Of a DNA stretch of 39,161 nucleotides, positions 17,985 to 27,875 are shown in pieces. Origin of the DNA: a virus (lineage: Duplodnaviria > Heunggongvirae > Uroviricota > Caudoviricetes); the IMG/VR virus record IMGVR_UViG_2706794670_000014, one strand, 5' to 3'. The notes beneath the pieces are model-generated. The model ran no database searches. It was given only the letters and a program-made list of their open reading frames with translations, and was not told the origin of the DNA. Every line of letters starts with the position of its first letter. Position 1 is the stretch's first letter. Both the position numbers and the translations under genes were made by a program.

Positions 17985-18682
17985 ATAAAGCCCTTCTGGT
18001 TGCGCCCGAACACCGCCGCATCAGACTGCACCTGCGGTAAATCCCCGGATTCAGGGGCCGCACCGTCTGTATCCACGCCGACCGGCACGTTACCGTTCAT
18101 GACATCTTTCAGCCAGGCCAGCGCCTCACGGTAACGGTCACGCGCCTGATCGGATGCCCGCTGATCGCACAGGTAATAAAAGGCAATCGTGCAGCAATGC
18201 TGAACAAGGACCGCCGGAACCACCGCCAGCGGCAGCGTGTAACGGGAAGACAGATAGCTGTCGATAAGGGCAGACGCGTCCGTCAGTGCCCGGTTCAGCT
18301 TGCGCGTGTCCGGTTCATCCGAACGGGGCACGGCCAGTAATGGCCTGAGCAAATCCTCGCGGTAACGTGCCCGCATATCGGTTTCGGTGGNNNNNNNNNN
18401 NNNNNNNNNNNNNNNNNNNNNNNNNNNNNNNNNNNNNNNNNNNNNNNNNNNNNNNNNNNNNNNNNNNNNNNNNNNNNNNNNNNNNNNNNNNNNNNNNNNN
18501 NNNNNNNNNNNNNNNNNNNNNNNNNNNNNNNNNNNNNNNNNNNNNNNNNNNNNNNNNNNNNNNNNNNNNNNNNNNNNNNNNNNNNNNNNNNNNNNNNNNN
18601 NNNNNNNNNNNNNNNNNNNNNNNNNNNNNNNNNNNNNNNNNNNNNCAGGAACCCCGCACGACGAAAATGCGTACGACTGCAA
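17981..18682 (-). CDS. Mu gp36-like protein (DUF1320-type); N-terminus masked
   Basis: The C-terminal 130 aa are visible. N-run 18391-18645 covers the start. Confidence 0.45.
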   Translation of the reverse strand: MQSYAFSSCGVPXXXXXXXXXXXXXXXXXXXXXXXXXXXXXXXXXXXXXXXXXXXXXXXXXXXXXXXXXXXXXXXXXXXXXXXXXXXXXXXXXXXXXXTETDMRARYREDLLRPLLAVPRSDEPDTRKLNRALTDASALIDSYLSSRYTLPLAVVPAVLVQHCCTIAFYYLCDQRASDQARDRYREALAWLKDVMNGNVPVGVDTDGAAPESGDLPQVQSDAAVFGRNQKGFI

Positions 18683-18771
18683 CGCACTTCTGCCAGTACC
18701 GTGACAGGACTGTCACCACTGACCTGAAGGCCTGAATCATCTGTTGCTGCCACAGTGTGATGTTCATTCAT
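18391..18771 (-). CDS. Small gene starting 44 nt after the capsid gene; body masked
   Basis: ATG at 18771 with GGAGGG upstream. Only 42 codons are visible before the N-run. Confidence 0.3.
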
Positions 18772-18814
18772 ATTTGCCCTCCGCAGGGGCCGGGCCGTAA
18801 GCCCGGCTCACCGT

Positions 18815-19762
18815 TTACAGATAATCCGCGACAACCAGCTCCAGCTTGCCCTTCATCTCGTTAGAGACTGTGGCGTTACCGTCTGCGAACAGCTCGCGCT
18901 CCAGCAGCTGCACCGCCTGTTTTTCCAGCGAGGTGGGGACAACAATATGGGTGGGTTTGATGCCGAGTTTGCGGCCACCGTCAGCCTTAAAGTCACGCAT
19001 GGCTGACCAGCCGTGCCACAGCGCATCCAGCGTCAGCGGTGACTGCATCATGTAGGCCATCTGCCAGAAGCCGTAGCCCACATTGCGACGGGCGGAAGCA
19101 CCGAACACAAACTCGTTATCAGTAAACGCACGGCCTTCATCGACTTTTGTCTGGGCAACCAGTTCGGCTTTGCGGCGATCCTGATAAATCAGCGGTTTTA
19201 CCGCGCGGGAGCAGTCAAGCAGATACCAGGCCGGGCCGCTGTAATCCGCCTGTGCACCGACAGAGCCGGTTTTTGCCACAAACATATTGCTGACCATCTG
19301 TGCATCACCGGAGCCATCCACTTTGGGGTAAACAGGGTGTTCGGTATCAAAGAAGTTCTGGCCGTCATAGCAGGCCGCATTCAGACCATCACGCAGTGCA
19401 GCAAAGACCAGTTCATCCGGTTGTGCCGCAGCGGCACGACCCATTTCCTGGAATAACGGGGAGTAGATGCCGAGATTGTCGTCTTCAAAGTCATCGCGGC
19501 TAATGGCAACGGTGCCTTCAAAGGTTTTGTTCACGATGGCGTAGCCATAGGCTTTCATCTTCTCGATGACGCGGGAGCCGATCCACTCACGGAACTGCGG
19601 GAACTGCCCCAGCCAGCCGTAGGTGTTGGATTTCGAGGTGGACGGCACGGTCATCGCAATTTTCTGGTACTGCGACGGAGCCATGGACATCCCGGCCTGA
19701 AAATCAGAACGGTAGCCCGTCATCAGGGCGGTGATCATCGCCGGTGTAATCGGGGTAGGCAT
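18815..19762 (-). CDS. Major capsid protein (Mu T-like)
   Basis: 315 aa. Its start overlaps the stop of the protease/scaffold gene (TAATG). Syntenic with Mu T. Confidence 0.8.
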   Translation of the reverse strand: MPTPITPAMITALMTGYRSDFQAGMSMAPSQYQKIAMTVPSTSKSNTYGWLGQFPQFREWIGSRVIEKMKAYGYAIVNKTFEGTVAISRDDFEDDNLGIYSPLFQEMGRAAAAQPDELVFAALRDGLNAACYDGQNFFDTEHPVYPKVDGSGDAQMVSNMFVAKTGSVGAQADYSGPAWYLLDCSRAVKPLIYQDRRKAELVAQTKVDEGRAFTDNEFVFGASARRNVGYGFWQMAYMMQSPLTLDALWHGWSAMRDFKADGGRKLGIKPTHIVVPTSLEKQAVQLLERELFADGNATVSNEMKGKLELVVADYL

Positions 19763-20895
19763 TATTGCATTTCCTCTTTCATTTTCAGGAACTCGGCTTC
19801 GGTTTTACCCAACAGACGTGCGGCGGCGATATCTTCAGCCGACAGCACAGCGGTGGCGGTCTTTTTATCCGGCACGGTTACGGTGTCGGTCTGAAGAGTG
19901 GTCAGAGCCGCAACCGGCTGGCGGGCGTCAAGCTGTGCAGAAAGTGCCGCGACGCCAATCTGTTGTCCGAGTCCTTCCATGTATCCGCGTTCGCTTTTGA
20001 AAATGCGTCCTTCGGACTCGGCCTTATCCAGCAACTGCTCCAGCGTGGTGCTGCCGTGTTGTGCCGACAGCGCGGCATATTCGGTACGCAGGGCGTTATA
20101 CGTCTCAACGGGCACATATTTCGTCAGATCAATAGTGCCGCCAGTTGGTGTGCCTTTTGCGGTTTCCAGTTCTGCCGACAGGCTGGCAACCTGCGTTTTC
20201 AGGGTGTCGTGCGCATCCGCACGGGTTTTGATCCCGGTAAGGGCAGACAGCGCCGCCGTGCCCAGTTCCGGTGTAAATTCGTCACCGTCAGCCACGGTCA
20301 GACCGAGCGCCGTCAGCAACTGGCGTAATTGCTCATTCATGGGGGATTGCTCCTGAGAAGGGGAAACGACATAGAGATCATCAGCACTGAGTGCCGCGAC
20401 AGGGTTCATACCCGTAATACCCGGATCATTCGTCAGGGAAGCCATGCGCAACAGGTAGGGTTCCCCGGTGTCAGCGAAATAATGCATATATGCAGACAGA
20501 TAGGCATATTCACGGTCATCAATATGTTTTTGTGCCTGTGGTGTCCATTCAGGTTTAATGAAAATCCCCTGACCCTCACGCCATTCGATGTTTTCCGGCT
20601 TAACCCATCCTGCAGCAATAGCCTTGAATCCGTTTTTCTGCGCATTCACGGAGTGATGGTCATAATCAATCAGTAACGGCTGATGCAGGGCGGAAAGCCC
20701 GGCTTTCATCCGGTTACAGGCGGATTCGTTAATCAGCCAGCCTTCAGTCGGTTTTTCCGGGCGACCGTCACGGGCCTTTACCCGACCGGCTGGCAGTAAC
20801 TGACACCATCCGTCGCCGGATGCAGTCAGCGAAGCTGAAAGCACGGCTAAACCGGAGGGGCGATTTGCGTCTTTTGGGTGATTTTCTGTCTTCAT
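19762..20895 (-). CDS. Prohead protease and scaffold protein (Mu I-like)
   Basis: 377 aa with an Ala/Leu-rich helical C-terminal half, between the G-like gene and the capsid gene. Confidence 0.7.
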   Translation of the reverse strand: MKTENHPKDANRPSGLAVLSASLTASGDGWCQLLPAGRVKARDGRPEKPTEGWLINESACNRMKAGLSALHQPLLIDYDHHSVNAQKNGFKAIAAGWVKPENIEWREGQGIFIKPEWTPQAQKHIDDREYAYLSAYMHYFADTGEPYLLRMASLTNDPGITGMNPVAALSADDLYVVSPSQEQSPMNEQLRQLLTALGLTVADGDEFTPELGTAALSALTGIKTRADAHDTLKTQVASLSAELETAKGTPTGGTIDLTKYVPVETYNALRTEYAALSAQHGSTTLEQLLDKAESEGRIFKSERGYMEGLGQQIGVAALSAQLDARQPVAALTTLQTDTVTVPDKKTATAVLSAEDIAAARLLGKTEAEFLKMKEEMQ

Positions 20896-21072
20896 ACCGG
20901 CAGCATAAGCCGGGTATTTTTGGGGCTGGTTTTGCGGGACTTCAGAAAGTGCTGACAGGGGGGGAATGAGAAAGGCGCTTCACGCAGATTTTAAAGCCCG
21001 TTAAATACAGGTTAGAAAATCACGACACGCGCCTGAAGGGGGTAAGGTAATACGTTTGCATACCTTAAACCA

Positions 21073-21546
21073 TTACGGCGTTTCTGTGGCCTTTTTAAAG
21101 CGTTTTCTGATTTCGTCCATGATCTCCTGTTCTGCCACCTGATCAAAGCCCATATACGGACGTGCGCCAATGGCCGCCGGTCCCGGTGGCATACCAGGCA
21201 GGCCACCCCACTGATGAATGGCTGCATAAGGTTCATTTGATCCAATCAGCGCCCAGGTATCGCCATAATCCGTGGTCAGGCGGCGGGCCAGATCGCCGTT
21301 CAGCGTCAGGATTTTGCCGGGCGTGTATCCCTTACGGGTACGCCACTCACGGTAAGGATCTGACCAGTCATGCCAGCGTTCACCATCCGGCTCTTTTTCC
21401 TGCTCAAACGCCATTTCTGACGATGACAGAAGACTCGCCGCCACACTGCGGGCCAGGTCTTTTCCGCCGCCCACAAACTGAAGCCGGGCAAACACTCGCT
21501 GGAGACGCGTAACGTCAACAACGACAGCTGCATCAATGGATGACAT
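21073..21546 (-). CDS. Virion morphogenesis protein (Mu G-like)
   Basis: 157 aa directly after the F-like head morphogenesis gene. Confidence 0.6.
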   Translation of the reverse strand: MSSIDAAVVVDVTRLQRVFARLQFVGGGKDLARSVAASLLSSSEMAFEQEKEPDGERWHDWSDPYREWRTRKGYTPGKILTLNGDLARRLTTDYGDTWALIGSNEPYAAIHQWGGLPGMPPGPAAIGARPYMGFDQVAEQEIMDEIRKRFKKATETP

Positions 21547-21667
21547 ATTGCCTCCGCATAAAGGATGAATATAAAATAAACAGGCGGTCAGTGTACGCTT
21601 AACTGGTAAAGTCGGTGCCTGCCTCCGGGTGGATCATGTATGCGGGTTCGACCCCCGCCACTGACCG

Positions 21668-22999
21668 TTAATCAATTTGTCCTTCCAGCACCTCAAGCAT
21701 TCCGCCCCGGATATCCGATTTCAGCTTATCCATATTGATAACCCGGTAAGCATTCACAATCACATCCAGTTTGTCGGGCTGACGTTTCAGACTGTACGGT
21801 GCATTAACGGCAATCTGCACACTGCCATCCTGATTTTCCACGATATACATCAGATTGTTGTGCCGTTTGTCCCACAGTACCGCTTTTGGCCTTGCCAGCA
21901 TTGCCGGTAAGCGCCCGAAGTCCTCCGGCGTCAGAGCGATGCCGTCATTCTGATGTTTCACACTGTCCGCATGGAGCACATTTTTACCGCTCATCGCCAG
22001 CAGGCGGGCCGGTGGCGTTCCCGTCCGGCTTTCCACTGCCTGCGCAATGCTTTCAGTCATAAAGCCCAGCGTGCGGATATCGTTACCACCTCGCCGGGTC
22101 TGCATGATGTTTTTTGCCCAGATGCGGAACGCCAGCTGCCGCTCCGGGCTGTTGTTCATCTCCTGAACCACCATTTCCCGTAACGCCGGGCTTTTCACCT
22201 CGATCAGTTTGCGGATCAGCGCCTGGTCTGTGCCGAACGCTGCCGAGCCGGGGTTATATGACCAGCCCACATCCGGTGTCATGGTTCTGGCGCCATCTGA
22301 ATATGTGGTCACCGGCATTTCTCTGACTTCTCCGGTCTGTTTATCCACGCCAGCCTCAACATTGCGGGTGGAGAGATGATCCTCACCGGATGAAACGGAT
22401 AACCCCATTGCATCCAGACGGGCCTGAGACAATGGCCGCACACGGCAGCGGCAGTTCCAGCCATTGGGCGNNNNNNNNNNNNNNNNNNNNNNNNNNNNNN
22501 NNNNNNNNNNNNNNNNNNNNNNNNNNNNNNNNNNNNNNNNNNNNNNNNNNNNNNNNNNNNNNNNNNNNNNNNNNNNNNNNNNNNNNNNNNNNNNNNNNNN
22601 NNNNNNNNNNNNNNNNNNNNNNNNNNNNNNNNNNNNNNNNNNNNNNNNNNNNNNNNNNNNNNNNNNNNNNNNNNNNNNNNNNNNNNNNNNNNNNNNNNNN
22701 NNNNNNNNNNNNNNNNNNNNCTGCTTTCCCCACCATCCCAGCTTTTGCAGGCGTGGCGTCAGTGTGCGGATAAATTCTTTCTGTGAAATCCCCTCATCAA
22801 TGGCCCGCTGCACTTCGGCCTGTAATGTGGTTACCACATCCAGCCGTGCCGTTTTTGCTGCCGTGAATGAGCGGGCATGAACATCCGCGTCTGTTTCGAA
22901 CCAGTTCCAGCTGATATGCGCCCCTTTGGCGCGGAAGTATGCCACCGTCTCTTTTGAGGGAAGCGTGGCGGCATAACCTAAATCAATCCCCTGAGCCAT
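21668..22999 (-). CDS. Head morphogenesis protein (Mu F / SPP1 gp7 family); middle masked
   Basis: NGWNCRCR motif typical of this family. Position after the portal gene. Confidence 0.75.
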   Translation of the reverse strand: MAQGIDLGYAATLPSKETVAYFRAKGAHISWNWFETDADVHARSFTAAKTARLDVVTTLQAEVQRAIDEGISQKEFIRTLTPRLQKLGWWGKQXXXXXXXXXXXXXXXXXXXXXXXXXXXXXXXXXXXXXXXXXXXXXXXXXXXXXXXXXXXXXXXXXXXXXXXXXXXXXXXXXXXXPNGWNCRCRVRPLSQARLDAMGLSVSSGEDHLSTRNVEAGVDKQTGEVREMPVTTYSDGARTMTPDVGWSYNPGSAAFGTDQALIRKLIEVKSPALREMVVQEMNNSPERQLAFRIWAKNIMQTRRGGNDIRTLGFMTESIAQAVESRTGTPPARLLAMSGKNVLHADSVKHQNDGIALTPEDFGRLPAMLARPKAVLWDKRHNNLMYIVENQDGSVQIAVNAPYSLKRQPDKLDVIVNAYRVINMDKLKSDIRGGMLEVLEGQID

Positions 23000-24556
23000 C
23001 CAGCATCCCCTTCATTTCCGCAGCAAACATGGCATCACTGAGCAGCGTCATCAGGCGGGAATCATCCATTTCACGGTAAAGGGCAGGCAGGTCTGCCAGT
23101 GCCTCCGCCAGCCCCCGCGTTCTGATGACATCAATGACCGGCTCCAGCACCGGATCGATGGCCTCCTGTAAGCGGCGGGCAGGCACCGCGTCCCCCATGT
23201 CGTCCAGTTCATCACGCGGCGTGTTTTTCGCTTCCGGCAGTCGGGCTGAAAGCGCCGTCTGTTCTGTCTTTTCCTGTTTTTCCGGTAGCGTTTCCCTGTC
23301 AGGCATGGCCGGTTCATTACTGCTCTGACGGACACGGAATATGGCTTCACCGGGCGTGGGCTGTGGAATACCGGTCTGATCCCGTACCCAGGGATCAGGA
23401 ATATCCATCCCCGCACTGAGTTGCATCACCGCACTGGCTATTTTGGTGATATCCCCCGGTTCTTTGGTCTGGAAACAGATACGCGGCAGGCGACGGATAT
23501 CAATGGCGTGGGCGGTGTTCAGGGCATACAGCGGATACACCAGATCGCGGTTCAGGGTTGCAGCCAGCTGGCGTAAATCAGAATCCCTGATTTCCCGGCG
23601 CACCTCGTTATGCACCTCACCCAGCGAGCGCGCGCCTTTGTCTCCGGCTTCTGTGGTCAGCGTGCCGCCGANNNNNNNNNNNNNNNNNNNNNNNNNNNNN
23701 NNNNNNNNNNNNNNNNNNNNNNNNNNNNNNNNNNNNNNNNNNNNNNNNNNNNNNNNNNNNNNNNNNNNNNNNNNNNNNNNNNNNNNNNNNNNNNNNNNNN
23801 NNNNNNNNNNNNNNNNNNNNNNNNNNNNNNNNNNNNNNNNNNNNNNNNNNNNNNNNNNNNNNNNNNNNNNNNNNNNNNNNNNNNNNNNNNNNNNNNNNNN
23901 NNNNNNNNNNNNNNNNNNNNNGGCCAGATAAGCGTTCTGACAAGCCCCGTCGCACCACCGTAGCCGGTGCGTGAACGCGACTGATGCACTATCCAGCCAA
24001 AGGGCTGAAACGCCACCCCGGCATGGCTGCCGTCACGCAGCCGCAGTTCGCTCAAATCATCCGGGTTAAGGCAGAAATGCCCGCTGTCACGCCAGCGGAT
24101 GGCGCGGATGATGTGCATTTTACCGAGCATCCCGTGCTCAATTTCCATGCAGGAATAGCCCTTCAGGATGGCATCCGTGGCGTCAAACAGCATGGCATCA
24201 AACCAGTCTGCGGAATGCAGATATTCGTCGAGCATTTCCGCGTCCTTTTTCTCATTCGCGCTGGCGTTCGGTGGCGGCTCAATACTCCATGGCACCCCCT
24301 GAATGGCAAGACGTCGCTTGCCCAGCTCCGCAAAAAGGTGGGTGTCCTTTTCTTCAATATCAGCGGCCAGATCGGACTGGGCAATCAGATCGCCACGTTC
24401 AGCCCCGCGAAGGCACTGCGCCGCCCGGTTCGGGGTGATACCCGAAGCCGGATGTTCAATATAACGGCTGGCAATCTGCGGAATATCCAGCGCGGCACTC
24501 TGCATCTCCGGGTCAAAGGAGAAAGGTTTTCCGTCAGTATCAATGATGCGTCCCAC
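22983..24556 (-). CDS. Portal protein (Mu gp29-like); middle masked, frame across the mask not resolved
   Basis: N- and C-terminal portal-like pieces are both open into the N-run 23672-23921. Combined length of about 524 aa matches Mu portal size. Confidence 0.65.
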
Positions 24557-26223
24557 TACCAGCCCCCCCGATCAAATTCATGATATGCCTCATCGTCATC
24601 ACGATAACCGCCCTCCATTGCCCGCGACCGCTCCTGTAGCGCCTGACAGGCTGATTCATCCAGGATGAAGCCCTCCATGTATGACGCCCGGTTTGCCATA
24701 CAGAGCGCCACGGCAAAATCACCATGGCGGCGGGCGTTCGCAGCCGTTGCGTTCTGGTCCTTCGTGCGCCCCTTGTCGATTTGCGGGATACCATTCACTA
24801 CCTTCACATGGCGCAAATCATCAAGCGTGGTCTGATGGCGGGCGACGAGGATATTCTGATCTTCAAACTCGGCTTTCAGTTTTGGCATCCACTCGCCGTA
24901 CCACTTCGGCGACAACATCACGCAGTCGATGATGTCCGGGCCAAAGGCCAGCAGTGCGGCCTCTGCCAGATAGCCGCCGTTACCGGTGGCGTCGAACGCC
25001 GCACCGACCAGCGCCGGAACGCGGGTCAGGATGTACATCATCACCTGTTCCTGCTGGGCATACGGCAGGTTGCGCAGCTCCACGCGAAACACCTCGCGCT
25101 TTGCCAGGGATTCGGTGATTTCCAGCAGCACAAAGCAGGACAGGTCACCGGTGCGGGCAAAGTCTTCCCCGAAGCTGAAGCGGGAACGGGGATTTAATTT
25201 CTCTAAAAGCGGTTTTAAATGTTCTTCACACCAGGTTAAAACTTCCGATTCACGCAGCCATGCGGCACGGCTGATGAAGTTGTCCGGGGCTTCAAACGTC
25301 AGAATCGGGATGTCGCGGATCATCGCCATTTCAATAAGCGCGTGGGGGATATAGGCACCGCCGGATTTTTTCGGGATACAGCCGTATTCCTCGTCGGCAT
25401 CCTCACGGGTCGGGGCGTTTTTGTAGAGATCATCACGCCATTTCTGCTCGCTTTCCGGTGACCATTCCTGATCGGTGACGTAACAGATACGACGGTACAG
25501 CCCGTCCGCAATGGCATCATCCAGGGTTATGCGGTGGACGCTGTAATCCTTGCGCCCCTCGCGGGCTTCCTGAATGTACTGATTAAACAGATTATCGACG
25601 CCGTTATGCGTGGAGATAATACGCACGCGCGCGCCCCACATAGTGAGCGCCATTGCCGCCTTGAGAAGCTCATCCAGTGACTCGTGGAACGCGGCTTCAT
25701 CAATCACCACATCCCCCTGAAGGCCGCGCAGGTTTGACGGACGGGAAGACAATGCCTGAATTTTGAATCCACTGTTCGGAAAGCGGATCATGTAGGTCAA
25801 AATTTCTTCTTTTTTATCCCGATCCCAGAATGTCTGCTCATACACATCAGCATCTGCCAGCTGGTTAAAGGCACGGGAGAACAGCGCGCAGGCAGAAATA
25901 TATTCCAGCGCCATCTCCTGCTTTGATCCCACATAAAACACATTGCGGCCACCACGACGCTTCGGTTTTGCAGCAGTAATGACGTTACGCCCGGCTTCCG
26001 CCCAGGTAAGACCGGTGCGGCGGGATTTCTCCGCGATGCAGACCTGACTTTCATCTGCAAACCAGCGGGCCTGATAATCCAGAAACACCGGCATATCACC
26101 GGGCAAATCAAGGCTGTCCGGCACATCCACGCCCAGCAGGGCTTTTTCACCTGACAGATCAATTTTGCGGGGAGGCGTCATTTGCATCAGTGAAGGCGAC
26201 GTTTCTCTGGCTTTGTTCATCAT
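24556..26223 (-). CDS. Terminase large subunit
   Basis: 555 aa with ATPase and nuclease-like regions, located upstream of the portal gene. ATG ATG start. Confidence 0.85.
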   Translation of the reverse strand: MMNKARETSPSLMQMTPPRKIDLSGEKALLGVDVPDSLDLPGDMPVFLDYQARWFADESQVCIAEKSRRTGLTWAEAGRNVITAAKPKRRGGRNVFYVGSKQEMALEYISACALFSRAFNQLADADVYEQTFWDRDKKEEILTYMIRFPNSGFKIQALSSRPSNLRGLQGDVVIDEAAFHESLDELLKAAMALTMWGARVRIISTHNGVDNLFNQYIQEAREGRKDYSVHRITLDDAIADGLYRRICYVTDQEWSPESEQKWRDDLYKNAPTREDADEEYGCIPKKSGGAYIPHALIEMAMIRDIPILTFEAPDNFISRAAWLRESEVLTWCEEHLKPLLEKLNPRSRFSFGEDFARTGDLSCFVLLEITESLAKREVFRVELRNLPYAQQEQVMMYILTRVPALVGAAFDATGNGGYLAEAALLAFGPDIIDCVMLSPKWYGEWMPKLKAEFEDQNILVARHQTTLDDLRHVKVVNGIPQIDKGRTKDQNATAANARRHGDFAVALCMANRASYMEGFILDESACQALQERSRAMEGGYRDDDEAYHEFDRGGW

Positions 26224-26468
26224 GCTTTACCTGTCAGAATGCTTTTGATTCGGGACTCAAGCTCTTCAGTCATCACGTCCACGCCGCTCAACTCATCAGT
26301 GGCAGCCTCTGCCAGCAGCGAATGCAGTTGTTCCAGGGATATTTCCCCGGCAATGCTGAGTTCAGTCAACTCACGACATACCTTTATGGTTTCAGGAGGT
26401 AACTGTGTTGCAAGACTGAATGCTTTCTGATGGGCACTGCTCATCAGTGAGCGGTTATCTGTTGCCAT
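26220..26468 (-). CDS. 82-aa protein paralogous to the C-terminal tail of the terminase small subunit
   Basis: Strong AGGAGGTG RBS. C-terminus ATDELSGVDVMTEELESRIKSILTGKA parallels the TerS C-terminus VTDELRGVDGMSEQIEFRIRQMLLGKA. Confidence 0.55.
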   Translation of the reverse strand: MATDNRSLMSSAHQKAFSLATQLPPETIKVCRELTELSIAGEISLEQLHSLLAEAATDELSGVDVMTEELESRIKSILTGKA

Positions 26469-26478
26469 GATTCACCTC

Positions 26479-27060
26479 CTACGCCTTACCCAGCAGCATC
26501 TGCCTGATACGGAATTCGATCTGCTCGCTCATGCCATCCACGCCGCGCAACTCATCGGTGACCGCATTCGCCATCTCTTCAGCAAATGCGGCCCGGATTT
26601 CTTTTTCACGCTTAATGCTGCGCTCGGCGGCACTTTCTGCACGCTGTGCCGACAGGAGGATGTCCTTAATAAGGCGCATATCCACATCGCTGTCGCTGTT
26701 CAGGGATTCGGTGGCGGCACGCAGACGGCGGTACATCAGGGCACGGGACATCTCCAGAATCAGTGCCGTGGTTTCACCGGTCGGCTTATCCCCCAGTTCG
26801 GCCATCATGGCTTTTGTCTGCTCGCGTAAATCACGCAGATTACGGGCAATCAGCTCATTACGGGAGGCTTCCCGGCTGATGGCCGCCGGTGAGAGCTGCT
26901 GCTCTTCCGGCAGACCTGCTTCACGGATCAGACGGTTGATTTCCTCGCGGATCTGGACCTGCGTCAGACGTTTTTCACGCAGCATTTCCAGCAGCGGCTT
27001 ACGGATGCTGTCGGGGAGCAAATCCACCTTGCGTACACGGCCACGCGCTGGCTTATCCAT
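26479..27060 (-). CDS. Terminase small subunit (Mu gp27-like)
   Basis: 193 aa, basic N-terminus and helical body, immediately upstream of the large subunit region. Confidence 0.65.
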   Translation of the reverse strand: MDKPARGRVRKVDLLPDSIRKPLLEMLREKRLTQVQIREEINRLIREAGLPEEQQLSPAAISREASRNELIARNLRDLREQTKAMMAELGDKPTGETTALILEMSRALMYRRLRAATESLNSDSDVDMRLIKDILLSAQRAESAAERSIKREKEIRAAFAEEMANAVTDELRGVDGMSEQIEFRIRQMLLGKA

Positions 27061-27062
27061 CG

Positions 27063-27353
27063 TTACCCCCTTGCGCGTGGTTTCTTCACACCCGGAACGG
27101 TGGCGCGGCCTTCCGCCACATCCTGACCCCGGCCGGTCAGTTCAGCGATGAAATAACCGTTAACAAGCGTGCGCTTACGCACCAGTCCCTGCTCGGCAAG
27201 CCAGGCAATGTGGGTATGAACGGTGTCGCGGGACACGCGGTGACCGTAATCATCCAGGCAGTCCTGAAGCACGGATTCGCCCAGTTCGCCGTTGTAATCC
27301 GCCAGCGACCGCAGAATGACAAGACGCTGATCTTCAGTAATGAAATCACTCAT
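27063..27353 (-). CDS. Hypothetical 96-aa protein (Mu gp26-like by position), possibly winged-helix
   Basis: ATG at 27353. No motif recognised with confidence. Confidence 0.4.
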   Translation of the reverse strand: MSDFITEDQRLVILRSLADYNGELGESVLQDCLDDYGHRVSRDTVHTHIAWLAEQGLVRKRTLVNGYFIAELTGRGQDVAEGRATVPGVKKPRARG

Positions 27354-27657
27354 TGTGTTTTTTCCTTACAGCCTGCTCCAGCAGCAGTTCGTTCTGATGG
27401 GAGACGGATTTCAGGGTGGCATTGGTGGCCTTAAGCTCACCGCGCAGGGTGGTGATTTCGATATTGAGTCTGTTCACCTCCTGCTGCGTGGGCAGGCCGG
27501 AAATCCGGCTCTCCACCCGCTCAACCCGGTCGGAGAGTTTTTCAAAGGCCTCGCGGGGGACAAAGGTTTTGCGCATCAGCGCCATGAAGATCCCCCCGGC
27601 TGTGGCCGTTGCCGACAGGATCGGCACGACATAATCTTTAACGATGCTGACCCACAT
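27346..27657 (-). CDS. Membrane protein with one transmembrane helix and a coiled coil (Mu gp25-like)
   Basis: Hydrophobic segment VVPILSATATAGGIFMAL followed by heptad-like sequence. Lies in the lysis-proximal region. Confidence 0.45.
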   Translation of the reverse strand: MWVSIVKDYVVPILSATATAGGIFMALMRKTFVPREAFEKLSDRVERVESRISGLPTQQEVNRLNIEITTLRGELKATNATLKSVSHQNELLLEQAVRKKHNE

Positions 27658-27865
27658 GACCGGCCTCCATGATGTTCTGGCAGTTCACACAACGGATGGC
27701 ATCCGGCACGGCAACCAGACGGGCAGCCGGAATGTCACCCCCGCAGTCCGCGCATACACGCCTGCCCGGTGTCTCCGCCACCCGGCGCTTACGTGTCAGC
27801 CGGTCACAAAGGGCGCGTTCTGTTGCACGCTCCATGACTGCCTGAGCACAATCTGAATCATCCAT
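27638..27865 (-). CDS. TraR/DksA-family C4-type zinc-finger protein (75 aa)
   Basis: ATG at 27865. Contains CADCGGDIP...RCVNC, the four-cysteine pattern of the TraR/DksA C4 finger. Confidence 0.65.
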   Translation of the reverse strand: MDDSDCAQAVMERATERALCDRLTRKRRVAETPGRRVCADCGGDIPAARLVAVPDAIRCVNCQNIMEAGHVGQHR

Positions 27866-27875
27866 ACCTTTTTCC

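Noticed and set aside
22983-24556. Apparent frame discontinuity splitting the portal gene into two ORFs (similar in baseplate J 8086-9172 and around the sheath start)
   Set aside because: Both halves are open into the masked block, and the combined size matches a single portal. The discontinuity is most likely a masking artefact and not a pseudogene or programmed frameshift; it cannot be resolved without the hidden bases.
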